A stretch of 62,878 nucleotides of DNA, counting the filler, from Globobulimina sp. (lineage: Eukaryota), in the NCBI GenBank assembly GCA_003354225.1. It is 55 parts of 55 records of this genome, joined end to end, with 100 filler letters (N's around TTAATTAATTAA, not from the genome) between each part and the next. Parts side by side here need not be neighbours in the genome. Positions count along the whole stretch, not along the records: positions 37,800 to 38,844 come from PIVH01024962.1; positions 38,945 to 39,989 come from PIVH01024963.1; positions 40,090 to 41,134 come from PIVH01024964.1; positions 41,235 to 42,279 come from PIVH01024965.1; positions 42,380 to 43,424 come from PIVH01024966.1; positions 43,525 to 44,569 come from PIVH01024967.1; positions 44,670 to 45,714 come from PIVH01024968.1; positions 45,815 to 46,859 come from PIVH01024969.1; 47 more parts are not named here. One strand, given 5' to 3'. This document shows positions 37,700-50,784 of the stretch, piece by piece. Below the pieces are notes generated by a model that ran no database searches, was not told where the DNA came from, and saw only the letters and a list, made by a program, of their open reading frames with translations. The number at the start of each line of letters is the position of its first letter. Positions within the stretch are counted from its first letter, which is position 1. Position numbers and translations under genes: made by a program.

Positions 37700-38255
37700 N
37701 NNNNNNNNNNNNNNNNNNNNNNNNNNNNNNNNNNNNNNNNNNNTTAATTAATTAANNNNNNNNNNNNNNNNNNNNNNNNNNNNNNNNNNNNNNNNNNNNA
37801 ATTATCTATTTTGGAGTGTTGATAATATGACTGTTACTTCGTTCATCATAATGAATATGTTCATATGAGATCGTGTTCTCGAGTGTAATACAGTCGCTTG
37901 ATTATTTCAAAGTGAATGACTCTCAACCTGCACCAGAGCCAACACCACCCGATCGGAATTTCCACTACGGATTTCGCTTGCTCTGCCGGCCCCGACCCGG
38001 CGGTCCGGTCCCACCGCCGGAGCCGGAGGAAGACAACAGCAGGGCACGACCGCCGCTGCCCAACTCCGCCAAGCAATGGCGACTCCTCCTCTGCTGTTAA
38101 GCACAGCAGACAAAATGCGTAGACAAAGGACTTCATAGTTTCCTCTGGTGTTTGAATATGTTCTGATCTACATGCACATAATGAGAATTCTGTTGCTTTC
38201 CCGTTCGAATCGGTTGCAAGTCCCATGTTGTTTGAGGTTGCTTTTTTTAAGTAAT

Positions 38256-38490
38256 GTCAGAAATAAGGTACTAAAGAACATTTCTGAAACATAACAACGT
38301 TTTTGTAAATACTCCTAGCTGACTGCTGACACTTTCACACGAGATATCATCTTAAAATTACATGTTTGTTTGCCAGCAGTTTCTTTTGTCAGAAACAAGC
38401 TACAAAAGAACAAACGAAACATAAGTTACATAACAACGTTTTTGTAATTTTTAAGCACTTTCGTCGTTACTCCTAGCTGACACTTTCACT
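38256..38490. repeat. Degenerate tandem duplication, period about 130-150 bp
   Basis: GTCAGAAA..ACATAACAACGTTTTTGTAA..TACTCCTAGCTGAC..ACTTTCAC occurs twice. Confidence 0.75.
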
Positions 38491-38499
38491 TCGCCAATC

Positions 38500-38844
38500 A
38501 TGATGGACTTTCATAGTATCTTTTGTGCCATTATTGGTATAGTATCTTTTGTGGCAGGCATTGTATGCATCATTTTCATCCGTTCATTTGCAAGAAGAAG
38601 ACATGGACGATTCCTTAAAATCCGCCAAACGAACCTCACATTAATTTACGTAATTTTCGGGGCCATCCCCTCATTGTTATTAGTTATTCCCTCCGGGATG
38701 TATCTTAATGCCATAAATGAAGGCAAACCACCAAAAGATGCATTCTTTGCTCATTATATGTTTACATTTATGAAAGAATTCTTTATTTCATGGATGATGA
38801 TATTAATTTCGTGTAAATCATGGCCGGTTTATTATGATTATTCG
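38500..38844 (+). CDS. 7TM-like membrane protein, 5' part
   Basis: Three TM helices with a basic first loop. Confidence 0.5.
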
Positions 38845-39138
38845 NNNNNNNNNNNNNNNNNNNNNNNNNNNNNNNNNNNNNNNNNNNNTTAATTAATTAA
38901 NNNNNNNNNNNNNNNNNNNNNNNNNNNNNNNNNNNNNNNNNNNNTATATAGAAAATTTAGTAATAAAATGGTCATGTGGTTCGCAAGGTATACAAAATGC
39001 TCCAAACGGATTGAAAGCTAACCGCTTGTTTCCATGGACAAAAATATTTTTATGCGTAGGCTCAATACGCCATTAGGTCAATAAAACTGATGCACTGTTG
39101 TTTCAACACCTCTCTCGTGATTAATATTATAATCAACA

Positions 39139-39989
39139 CTAAATTTTTTTCTCTATCAAAGAACTGAGTAATTCGTCAATATGCTTACAAAAACGAGTTT
39201 CCCAATTATTATTGTGAATATATTTTTCCAATTCAGGATCTTCAATACGTCCCTCCTCAAGAACATCTGAAATATGTTTCAGGAACTTATCGTGTGTTTT
39301 AGCTACACGAACAAAGCGAGAGTTGCTGTCAATATTGTAAATTTCTGTGGATATAACAGGCACTCGCCAAGACAAATACACATACAACTTCAGCGGGTTC
39401 ATACTCCTTGTCATTTCCATGTCCAGATGAGGAATCATGCCGACATCAAATCGGGAGAGCCACGCACCGATCTGTTCATAGGGAACGATACCCGTCATCC
39501 GAACATTTGGATAATTTTTTAGCTGGAGTACCTGAGGATTGGCATGTGTCGAACCAACAAGGACAATCTGACAATCAGGAAAACGTTTTGCAACCTTCGT
39601 AACGAGTGGAATATCGATTTTCTTCTCTAAATTACCAATGAAGCCGATAACCTTACCACTTCCCGCCAAGAACGCTTCAAATTCAGTATCATTACGAGGT
39701 TGAATGTTAGGCGGATTACTATCACATCCATTGGGCACCAAGTGAATTGCAGGAAAAAACTCGCGCATAGCATCGACCATCGGTTCACAGTTTACGAAAG
39801 CAATATGGGCACGAGCAAGGGTTTCACGGTAGTTTTTAGTCAGTCGTTCATATTCATTGGGTGATATTCCCGGCCATCTTCGGTGATCATCCACCACATC
39901 GACTACTACCCGTTTAGGCGAAAAATGGTCGATCAGCTCAGGCGCCATAAAGTTTTTGGGGTAAATCCAAAAAATGGATTCGGTCGGGC
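39139..39989 (-). CDS. Bacterial GT-B (GT4/TuaH-like) glycosyltransferase, C-terminal part
   Basis: VPNGCD, IGFIGNL, DVGMIPH..SMNPLKLYVYL..PVIST; intronless, higher GC. Confidence 0.88.
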
Positions 39990-40089
39990 NNNNNNNNNNN
40001 NNNNNNNNNNNNNNNNNNNNNNNNNNNNNNNNNTTAATTAATTAANNNNNNNNNNNNNNNNNNNNNNNNNNNNNNNNNNNNNNNNNNNN

Positions 40090-41134
40090 GACTGCAAGAT
40101 TTAAGTACTATTATATAGGTTGCTATGGATGGATTAAAATTGTTCATCAATTCAATTGCTTGCAAAATATATCCATTGCAACCGTACACATCAATCATTG
40201 TATTATATATTTCTTCTTTTTTCTCCATATTGTTATTATATAATAAACAATCCGAAAATAGTTGGTTGCAAACATCTAACTCTCCAAATTTGCCATACAT
40301 TGTGATCAAATTAACCATAATTGATATATTATGCTTCCATTTCATTTTATCGCTATTTGATATTAAATATGTATGAATAAGTTGTGCTTTGTTAAAATTC
40401 GCAATTTGAATACAGGCTTTCAACGCTAAAACATGTGATATTTGATTCAAATCCGAATGCAGATTATTTATGATATATTTATCATATAATTGCAAGGCAT
40501 TTTCACTTTTATTATTATTCATAAACGAAGACATCATGGCATGTATGATTACAATTGGAATTTCTTTGTTGTTTGCTTCAATTTTCTTAAATACATTTAA
40601 AGATTCATCCAATTTCAAGCACTTTCCATAAAAACTAATGATTGTTGCTTCCATTTCTGTGTTAAAATGAGTTATTTGTTTAATGATGTCCTGGCCGAAT
40701 GAGAATGCATTTAATTCAGAACACGCTTTCACTGCCAACATATCTGTGGTTGAATCTGAATCGGAATTAAATAAAACATTATATGTTTGATAAATATCCA
40801 ATGCTTTTTTACATTTACTATTATTTATATAGATATCCATCATAACATTCATTGTCACCACATCTTTTTTATGATTTTCAATCGAATTAAATATATTTTC
40901 ACATTCTGATATTTCGCCACAAATTCCATAGAATTTGATTAATGAGTTTTTAATTAAAATATTGTCGCTGTTTAATAATATTTTCTCATGAATGAATTTT
41001 CCATTTTGTAAATCTTTTGTATTTATACATATTTTTAATGCTAAATTATGAAAAATATCATTACCAAAATCTTCATAATTGTCATAATAAAAATGCAGTC
41101 CATTTTTATAATATTTATTATTGACAAATGCACT
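40090..41134 (-). CDS. Pentatricopeptide-repeat (PPR) protein fragment
   Basis: Repeated LIxMYGKxG, YNTMIDVYG..G, ALKAC. Confidence 0.88.
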
Positions 41135-41465
41135 NNNNNNNNNNNNNNNNNNNNNNNNNNNNNNNNNNNNNNNNNNNNTTAATTAATTAANNNNNNNNNN
41201 NNNNNNNNNNNNNNNNNNNNNNNNNNNNNNNNNNAAAAACATCCATCCACTCCGATGAGAATCTAATGGGGAGATTGCGAAAACTGTGATAAGCGCTGCC
41301 ACGTCTAAAACTAATTCATATGGTGACAACTAGCAATGAGTAGTGTGTAATTATTGTATTGGATCTGAGTTGAAAGTTGATCCGCGACATGTACTGAGCT
41401 ATTGACTTAGTGGAGTGAGTGACCTAATCTGTATTTTCTTAGTAGTCATGGCCTAGCTCAAACAT

Positions 41466-42279
41466 TCAATAATAATAATGTGATTGAAACAATTCGCGAT
41501 GACTTGCAACGGCAGCACAAGACACCAATATCTCATACAAGCCCAACTGTTGTTGTCCAGTAAACATCAACGCATCAATGACCCGGTCATCTCCAAATAT
41601 ATCACTAAACTCCTTCGCCAACAACAAACACTGCGATCTCGATATGCATCCTTCAAACAACTGTCGAGACTGTTTGTGTTTTTTCAATGTACTCGACAGC
41701 GATTCGCCAAATCCATCACCATCAACCTCCCCGCCTTCCTCCTCCACATCATCCACCATATCACCTTCCAGTTCCACCTCATGATTTTGCGAATGGTACT
41801 CCCAAAACCTATCAATCACAAATTGGATCGCCTCATCCGTCATACTCGGCCCATTCAACACAGTCTCGACCACTCTCCGACAATACTCCAATGTATGTCT
41901 GCTCCGTCCCCATTTATGCCGATCCTTAACATGCATAGTCCTCAGAAACTGCATGGTGTCATGATAGTGCATCACACATTGCCGCACATTCCACCCTTTA
42001 ATGATACCCATGATCTTCACCACTTTGGGCAATGCATACTCCGCCGCTGCTTTATTCAACTGTGCCAAGCGAGTGCGTCTCGATAAGATATCAATCGGTG
42101 TGCAGCTCATCTCATATTGCGTGCAATACACAACCTCTGCTGCAGTATACGGATAGCCCCCAGCCAGCCGCTCGTCATTCCCTTCGCCATTCAAGTACAG
42201 ATTGCCGACAATAAATGCTTTGTCCCCATACGCTGTCGACATATGCGCAGCAATCTCGTGCGGAATCTGGTGTCGTTCC
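41466..42279 (-). CDS. GPD2: FAD-dependent glycerol-3-phosphate dehydrogenase, C-terminal part
   Basis: YGDKAF, YPYTAAEV, DILSRRTRLAQLN..ALPKVVKIMG..W. Confidence 0.85.
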
Positions 42280-42642
42280 NNNNNNNNNNNNNNNNNNNNN
42301 NNNNNNNNNNNNNNNNNNNNNNNTTAATTAATTAANNNNNNNNNNNNNNNNNNNNNNNNNNNNNNNNNNNNNNNNNNNNACAATAAAAAACAAATTGTAA
42401 AACAGCATAAAACAATTAACAAAACACTGTGTTTTGTTTTGACCGGTATACTTACTTTAAATGGTTAAATTTAGAATTATATAGTTCATAATCATATATA
42501 TTTACATTTTGTTGTTATTTTTAGATTCTATTATTACAATATTTTACCTTCCTATTTCCCCCTTACTTCTAAATCTTCTATTACTCAACATACAGATACA
42601 TTTCGTACAATTAAAAACATTTATTAAAAACACAGATACTAA

Positions 42643-43323
42643 ATGAATAGTAACGTAGTAATTCATAAATCAGATGGTCAAGAACCAACAAATCAGTATG
42701 TAAATGCAACGCTTGTAACATCATTACGAACAATATTTAAACAAGGAGCAAATGGATCAAAATCAATTCAAATCAAGACATTGGATACAGGTGTAGACTT
42801 AATCATTCAAAAATTGAATCAATATCATTCTGATTTTCACTACGTGTCTGATATTAACATTGCTAAATTGAAAGCAATGGAAAAGTATTTTGGTGTAATT
42901 AAACAGTATTTATCGAACCATGATGACGAACAACATTTCGCTTTCTCATCATCATCAGAATTATTTGCATTAATTTGGAATCAAAAGGATGATAATGACA
43001 AATTGATTATACCTCAATTAAATAAATCCAATACTTTACCAGCTTACATGACGAATAATTTATTTGCAATTGCTGTATTTATTTGTAAACATTCACAAGT
43101 TGACAATAAAACTGGGAATGAAATAAATCAAGTTCTTAAAAAACTTCCACAAGCAACACATTTCATTCTTCCAAATGATATAACAAATGAAAATAAAGAT
43201 CAATTAAAAAAACAAATTAATCAATTAAGCAACCAAGCAATACAATACAATGGTAACAATAGTAATTCACAACAAATGAAGACTTGCATTTTAAAACCAA
43301 ACCTTACTCTTTGTTTTGTTTAA
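42643..43323 (+). CDS. Hypothetical protein
   Basis: 226-aa ORF. Confidence 0.45.
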   Translation: MNSNVVIHKSDGQEPTNQYVNATLVTSLRTIFKQGANGSKSIQIKTLDTGVDLIIQKLNQYHSDFHYVSDINIAKLKAMEKYFGVIKQYLSNHDDEQHFAFSSSSELFALIWNQKDDNDKLIIPQLNKSNTLPAYMTNNLFAIAVFICKHSQVDNKTGNEINQVLKKLPQATHFILPNDITNENKDQLKKQINQLSNQAIQYNGNNSNSQQMKTCILKPNLTLCFV

Positions 43324-43566
43324 CGTCCATCAAAATCATCAAGAACGTGCTTAACCACATTAAAACCAGTTGTTTAATAAAGTTCAAACGGTGTTCTAAA
43401 TATTTGTCAAAAAAAAATTAAGATNNNNNNNNNNNNNNNNNNNNNNNNNNNNNNNNNNNNNNNNNNNNTTAATTAATTAANNNNNNNNNNNNNNNNNNNN
43501 NNNNNNNNNNNNNNNNNNNNNNNNACAGTGTCTTGACAAAACCTTTGTTTTTTTTGTTAATCAAGG

Positions 43567-44569
43567 ATGCAACAACCAGTGCCGCCTTGTAACCAAACCA
43601 ATGTGAACTTTCTTGTCAGCGGCTACTCCAGAAATAAGATTGGTAAATTAAGCAATAATAAATATTTAGCGTCCTCTATTTTAGATGTCGTAACATATTA
43701 TGTGCCCAAAATGAATGGATATTCTTTTATTTGGAAGATTACAAATTATGACACCATTCAACAAATAATTAATTCAAAAAATAAACAAACGTTTGATTCG
43801 GATGTATTTGATTGCGGTTTATCAAATAAATTTTTTTTACAAATTGCACCAAATATAACCAATAATAATAAGCCAAAATTCAACCACTATTCAACTACAA
43901 CCAACAATGCACCAAATATGACTTATATAAGACAGGGAAGCGATGAGTTGCAATTACGGCGTCGGCGTAGCAGAACACCGCCACACCAACATCATGACTC
44001 CTATGAACATACAAATGTTGCCATTGATGATGGTAAAAGCGATGGGTCGTTGAAATTGCGCCGTCGACGCAGTAGAACACCACCGCAGCATTCCAATATT
44101 AGCTTAAATTTAATGTCATTTCCATTATCGCCGTGCTATAAAAATGTGATATTTCATTGTGAATTATATTTCCACCAAATAAATATGCAATATTCCACCA
44201 TTTGGAAGATAAAAAACAAGAATATTCGACAAAAGCAGCAAGGATATTCGCTGTACCGTGGCCGCGATAATCGGCAATATGACGAGGACGAGAAAGAGGA
44301 CAATACATTCAATAAATTTGCATGGCTCATTCATGACAACTTAGCTGATTATAGATGGAGCGAAATGACATTTGAATGCAAAATAAATATTTTAAAGATT
44401 GTACCATTTGAACATGTGATAAAAAACAGACATTCATACTACGAAAATGAATATGATGCGCACAAGAATAAAAATAAAAAAACAATGAAATTGTATTCCT
44501 ACGGATCCATCTATGATCAGTACGGATCATTGAATAATAAATTACGGTTTCAATGGGAAATAAATAATG
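43567..44569 (+). CDS. MATH-like domain protein with two LRRRRSRTPP inserts
   Basis: FIWKITN..FDSDVF..FFLQIAPN; a second FQWEI at the contig end. Confidence 0.6.
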
Positions 44570-45158
44570 NNNNNNNNNNNNNNNNNNNNNNNNNNNNNNN
44601 NNNNNNNNNNNNNTTAATTAATTAANNNNNNNNNNNNNNNNNNNNNNNNNNNNNNNNNNNNNNNNNNNNCTCCCAATGGTCCGTTGTTGGCATCATTATT
44701 CTGCAACTTTCCATATATTTCGATTTTTGTTTACCATGCACCATCTACGATTAATATCCATTTTTGATGCAAATTTTGCTCCATTTTGAAAATCTTTAAA
44801 AATGTTTATTTAAAAATCTGAACTGTGTCAAATCTAATTTAGTATAATGGCACCTAGTCAAGTAAACATATTGAGATTGTTCAATATCGTGTTTCGTATC
44901 ATTTCAAGTTTCATTCCTAGTCATTTCAAGTCATCGACAATCATAATATATGTATTTGCAGCATTGTCAATTTCAAACATGAATGTCAATAAACAAGAAA
45001 GTACATTAACAACAACATCCAGTACAACGATTACATTGCAACCAATTGAAACAACTACAAAATATCCAACAATAACACGTACAGCGAGTGAATTAACAGC
45101 CACATTTAATGCACGTACAACATTGGCAATAATCAGTACATTGTCAATAATAATAATA

Positions 45159-45502
45159 ATACGATTACATTACAAGTCCATCATCAAACTGCTACAATGT
45201 CACAACTATAAACTATGGCACATTGCTATAGCTATCCAAATACGTATCATCCATGGGGCCTCACACTGCAAACTGCGCCGCATCCCATCCATAGCCACAT
45301 ACTGCAAACTGTGCATCTTATTATACACGGCCACATACTGCAGAGTGCGCATCTTATTATACACGGCCACATACTGCAGAGAGCGCATCTTATTATACAC
45401 GGCCACATACTGCAGACTGCGCAACTTATTATACGATTACATTACAAGTCCATCATCAAACTGCTACAATGTCACAACTATAAACTATGGCACATTGCTA
45501 TA
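45159..45502. repeat. Five 36-bp tandem units (45258 to about 45435) flanked by 72-bp direct repeats (45159-45230, 45431-45502)
   Basis: Unit GCCACATACTGCAGAGTGCGCATCTTATTATACACG; identical flanking repeats. Confidence 0.9.
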
Positions 45503-45941
45503 ACTATTACAATGCAACAATGAGCACATAATTTAAAACAATATCTCCATCCTTGCACAGTGTTTGTATATAATATTATAATATTGCTAGTATTCACTTG
45601 TTAATACTAGTGTATTCAGTAAATTGAGGAGAACTGACGTAATTATAGATCATAATAGATGATCATAATTCGCATCCTCAATTTCTGATCCCTTCTCTCC
45701 ATCGAGAATTTTTTNNNNNNNNNNNNNNNNNNNNNNNNNNNNNNNNNNNNNNNNNNNNTTAATTAATTAANNNNNNNNNNNNNNNNNNNNNNNNNNNNNN
45801 NNNNNNNNNNNNNNTTTTAATTATGAATTAATTATATTTTAAATTAATTTTTTCCAGGTTTGTTTGAATGAATATGACATTGAATTAAGTCATTGAACAT
45901 TTCACAAATCTCACACTTAAGCAAAAAAAATCATTTATAAA

Positions 45942-46859
45942 TTATATTAATTCAAGCAGATCATCACTATCTTTTTGTTCATCACTAGCTCTCTCATCAA
46001 TGATCTCCAACATATTGTCTTTTCTTAAAGTTTTGAAGATTTTCCGGGCTATTTTCCTTTCAATTCTATCCTCAATACACGTGCAATCATCCATACATTT
46101 TCCACAACAAAAATCAAAACATTTTATCTTAAAACTAAATGATAAATACACACAAATAACACTCACAATCACTGCACACATTGTCATTGTCGATCCTTAA
46201 CATACATTATATGTATACAAAAAAACAGAAACGTTAACGGAATATCATGAATATATACCTTCATCGACAGTGATTTGAAAGGCCCAGAATATAGCCCCAG
46301 AAATAAATACTATTCCAGTTAAAATAGTTTGTCTTTTAATTAATGCATACAACACTCTCTCTTTTCTCGCTCTTCGATTTTTTCGTTCTTGCCGTTCTTC
46401 CCCACTCCGTTTTCTCCCATTCTTTACCTTTTCATACACCGTTGTAATACGATACGATGCTGAAGGCTCCACATCGGGACAAGCGTCGACTGCCACCATT
46501 TCTATGTTGTCACTTGAAGAGTAAGAATGTTCAGTTGTTTTTTTTCTATGTTTAGACGAATTGGAATAGAAAGCAATGAATGAATCATCAGTCGATAGTC
46601 CTAACTCTAATAATTTATTTAATCGGTTTATAAATAAATACCAATTCAAAAAATTAAAGCCAAGCATGAAAAATAAACCAAACACATTCAATATAAACCA
46701 AAACGTCGGCCAGTTAGATTTGATTCCATTTCGACAAAGCCAGGGATGCTCATTTGTTACTTGGTTTTTTTCAACGTCATATGGCAAACCATCAGTTGCT
46801 ATAATTCCAACAAGTGATGGAATTCTTCTTAATGTAGATTTTAAAGGTAGTGATTTGTC
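45942..46859 (-). CDS. 7TM-like membrane protein, 3' part (intron about 46200-46256)
   Basis: TM helices, Cys-rich tail, GT..AG between the two ORFs. Confidence 0.6.
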
Positions 46860-47014
46860 NNNNNNNNNNNNNNNNNNNNNNNNNNNNNNNNNNNNNNNNN
46901 NNNTTAATTAATTAANNNNNNNNNNNNNNNNNNNNNNNNNNNNNNNNNNNNNNNNNNNNAATTTTTTATGAGAAATGCGGGTTAACTTAAATCTCATAAC
47001 CTTCCCACTTGGCA

Positions 47015-47566
47015 TTAATCTGATTTTGCACATTTGCAATATGTTGGAGACAAACCAGTGGTATACGCTTCCAACACTTCCCACAGAGTCACCGTCACCG
47101 CCATCCACCAATGTGGCAATAAAATAGCAAAAAATGGGCCAGCAAGAAAATGAACAATTGTCCAAACATCAGCGCACATCGCATCAGTCTCAAAATCTCC
47201 AGATTGTCCAATTAAATCTGTAATAGCTAAATATAAACCAAGTCCAATATAAATTAAAACAATACTAATTTTGACCCACAATGCAAACATTTTCTGTTGC
47301 CATTCCACATAAATCACTAATATCCATGATAAACCTAAAAAAAATAACGCCAATGATACCACAGTATACCATGTTATCGTGCTTCCTGTATCAAACACAA
47401 CTTGGTCTAAAATAATAACACCACCATTTATTAAAATCGCTAATAATGCAACAATAGCGATTCTACACCAAATGCCATCAATTAATTTCTCATTATACCA
47501 TTCAGGAAAATATTTTAGACAGCATTCCCACTTGAAACAGAAACATGGACAACAGGCTTTACACAT
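47015..47566 (-). CDS. Multi-pass membrane protein with DxWxxxH...WExxE motif
   Basis: DVWTIVHFLAG..LWEVLE; Cys-rich N-terminus. Confidence 0.5.
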   Translation of the reverse strand: MCKACCPCFCFKWECCLKYFPEWYNEKLIDGIWCRIAIVALLAILINGGVIILDQVVFDTGSTITWYTVVSLALFFLGLSWILVIYVEWQQKMFALWVKISIVLIYIGLGLYLAITDLIGQSGDFETDAMCADVWTIVHFLAGPFFAILLPHWWMAVTVTLWEVLEAYTTGLSPTYCKCAKSD

Positions 47567-48104
47567 TTTTACTTACTTCACTTAATTGTTAGAAAAAAAC
47601 ACGGGCAAAAAAACGTAAATTCTGTGCGCAAATTCTGTGCGTGATTAAACACCATAAAACAATAAAACAATAAAACAGATTAAACGATGGAGCAAAAAAT
47701 GTTGTTTAACGAACATAAAATAAAACAGATTAAAACAATAAAATAAAACACGGAACAAAACATGTTGTTTAACACTATGAGTATCAGTATTTCATTTTAT
47801 TTAATATTAATACATTGCAACATTGTACACAGTTTGAACATTTATAAATGTTGTTTTGCAGTGACGATCGGAAATGATTTGCTTATTTTGCTAGTTACAG
47901 ATCGAGATCTAGATTCATTTAATTTTATTTGTCTATTAATTTTGTTTTGTCTTTGCTTGTCGTCGCATGATTTGATAATGGGATGGATTTTATTTTGAAT
48001 ACACNNNNNNNNNNNNNNNNNNNNNNNNNNNNNNNNNNNNNNNNNNNNTTAATTAATTAANNNNNNNNNNNNNNNNNNNNNNNNNNNNNNNNNNNNNNNN
48101 NNNN

Positions 48105-48814
48105 GAATTTTGAATAAACATCTTTCTGTCTGCGAAATCTGTACATTTCCAACATTCAAAATCAATATGGAACCAGACGGATATTAATATAATAAAAATA
48201 ATATTCGTCACACTTCTATATATCCCAATTCCTATTGATATCTGTCTTAATTTGTCAGTTGTGGTGGATACGACAGTTGCAATTATACCAAATAATAATT
48301 CCCATTCTTTTGTGCTGATACAAATAATTAACAATAAAAACGATTCAAACGCAACTTTTATAGTCAATATAAAACCGCCCAATGCGATCCAAATCAAAGT
48401 CATCATGAAAATATGTGATGAGATATCTAAAATTCGCCAAATAAATCGTAAAACATATGATAACGAAATCCATTTAAACCTTTGAGTAATTTTCAAATAT
48501 GATTGTAAGGCTTCAAATTTATCTATGAATAATCTAATAATTCTAATTGCATCATCAAAATATTTACCACAATTGCAATATTTATACCAATCACAATCGC
48601 GTATATCACCACAATTAATATCACTATATTTCATCAACAGGAAACATGGAGAACATACACAGAATAAAACAGCAAAAATGATGCCAATGACAAGCAAACA
48701 TATTAAAATAATCGCATAAACCATACCAATTATTATATCAACAAACATATTGACAGTAAATTCAAATTGTACTCTCTTTGCTTTTTGAATAACAATAATT
48801 TTATCGTCAGACAC
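48105..48814 (-). CDS. Multi-pass membrane protein fragment
   Basis: Several hydrophobic segments, ORF open to contig end. Confidence 0.55.
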
Positions 48815-48863
48815 ATATCATACACATTTTGTCCACATAACAAATGACGTAATAATATCACCG

Positions 48864-49130
48864 ATTAATGTACGGACCATTCAACTGATTAATCGATATT
48901 GGCCGTAATAATAAATATGTTCTGGCCATATTAACGATCGATATTTGCCGTTTAAATGGATATTTCGGCAGTTTTAATGTATGGATGGATTTGGTCATTT
49001 TAATGTATCGATATTGGCCGTATTATGTATTGATATTCTGGCCGTATTAATGTATGGATATTGGCCATAATAACGAGACATATTCGCTCGTTCTGCCATA
49101 AATATTGCAACCATAATAACGAGATATCTT
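48864..49130. repeat. Degenerate minisatellite (about 21-24-bp unit, TAATGTATCGATATTGGCCG-like)
   Basis: About 9 imperfect copies. Confidence 0.75.
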
Positions 49131-49374
49131 CTTTGTGCGTGATTATGCGNNNNNNNNNNNNNNNNNNNNNNNNNNNNNNNNNNNNNNNNNNNNTTAATTA
49201 ATTAANNNNNNNNNNNNNNNNNNNNNNNNNNNNNNNNNNNNNNNNNNNNGACTGATTCGGACTGAAGTGAACTCTTTGTAATTAATAAAATTAATTAAAA
49301 TTAATTAAAATGGCCAATCATGTCATATGGCCTACAGTACAGCCACTGCAATTTACAAAATAATACACTATTAA

Positions 49375-50294
49375 TCAAAAAATCTGCAACTTTTTGCTTC
49401 TCAAACCAAACCTCCATTTATTCCTATCATATAATGCAATAACAGCATTTAAATATTTTGCATGGTATTGATCAATATCGTTTTGTGTTGGTTTGTCAAT
49501 TTGTGGGCATTTAATGCCGGGCGCAACAATAGTATGCAAACCAATTCCTTTCGAATATGGCAAAAATGGACACCACCAATATTCACCGTAAAAAAATATA
49601 GAAGTCGGAATATGATAATAACTCATCCAATTTTTTGTGTACTCACTAAAACTATCCGCTTTGTAATACGTCTCACATTCACCAAATGTATAAACCGGAT
49701 GTATAGCATATCCATATTGCAGCGCATATTTAATAAAACCTTTCTTATCTCGAATATATACACAATCCACAGATTTCTTAAACAATGATATCTCGTAAAA
49801 GCCACCCGGTGTCATACCAAATGATATTTTATTCCTCATAAAACCTAAAAAACTCTCTTTCTTTGCCGGGGATACACATCCACACAAATCCACTATTAAT
49901 GGTCTGCCAAATATTATTATAAAAACGGTTGGATAAAATAGAAACACTTTACCTGAACAATGGCGCATAAATTAATGCAGCAGCAGCCATGCCATGACGC
50001 GGAATATCTGAAACATGAGAGCCTGCCTCACCAACATATTTAGCTCGAACCTTGTTAGATATTGCTGTATCACCGGCTGCAGACATTCGTATACCACCAT
50101 TCCAGGTAAAGCCTAATGTAAATACACCATGTGGATGGTAACAAAACATTTGTGGAGTTTCGATCTTATTATCAGGTGATGTGTATTGAGGTGCTGCCTT
50201 TTCAAGTGACCATGAACAGCCTCCTTCAAAATAATAGGCGCCATTCATTAAAAATCTTGCAAATGCGGGAGTACGTGGTAAACGAATAAAATAT
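49375..50294 (-). CDS. DGAT2/MOGAT-family acyltransferase; intron 49904-49952
   Basis: YHPHGVF, PGGFYE, KGFIKYALQYG, PVYTFGE, IDQYHAKY. Confidence 0.9.
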
Positions 50295-50784
50295 NNNNNN
50301 NNNNNNNNNNNNNNNNNNNNNNNNNNNNNNNNNNNNNNTTAATTAATTAANNNNNNNNNNNNNNNNNNNNNNNNNNNNNNNNNNNNNNNNNNNNTCATAT
50401 ACAAATCATCAGTTTAATGCTGTTTCCCAAGATGGAATTAGTTTGTTTTCTCCCCCTACATCATAAGATAAGTTTTGTTTCATGTTTACTAGCCGCTGTT
50501 ATGGTAGTTCAGTTATATAAAATGAAATTTGAGACTTTGTTGCCGGTTGGAGTTCATAATTAAATGTAGGTTTAGATGGCTACAGGCAACCAAGGTTAAA
50601 ACATAACTTTATGACAAATTTTCGTAGTTATACAAACCACATCATCAGGTCAAACCCTGCAATAAAGAACCAATGTATCACAAAATATTTTTAAAAAACT
50701 CTACTATACAATAAAAATAATAAGAAAATGGTCATTTAACAATATAACAATATATGGGGAAAGTCGCATAACAACAAAGCAAAG

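Noticed and set aside
41484..42086. 200-aa plus-strand ORF
   Set aside because: Antisense shadow of GPD2; the same applies to most short overlapping ORFs in the track
45258..45435. 36-bp repeats as a CRISPR array
   Set aside because: Units are directly tandem with no unique spacers, and there are no cas genes
44847..45523. Overlapping ORFs in several frames as real genes
   Set aside because: Openness is largely explained by stop-free 36-bp repeats; no recognisable domain
48864..49130. Roughly 22-bp repeats as CRISPR or iterons
   Set aside because: Degenerate contiguous minisatellite next to a eukaryote-type gene
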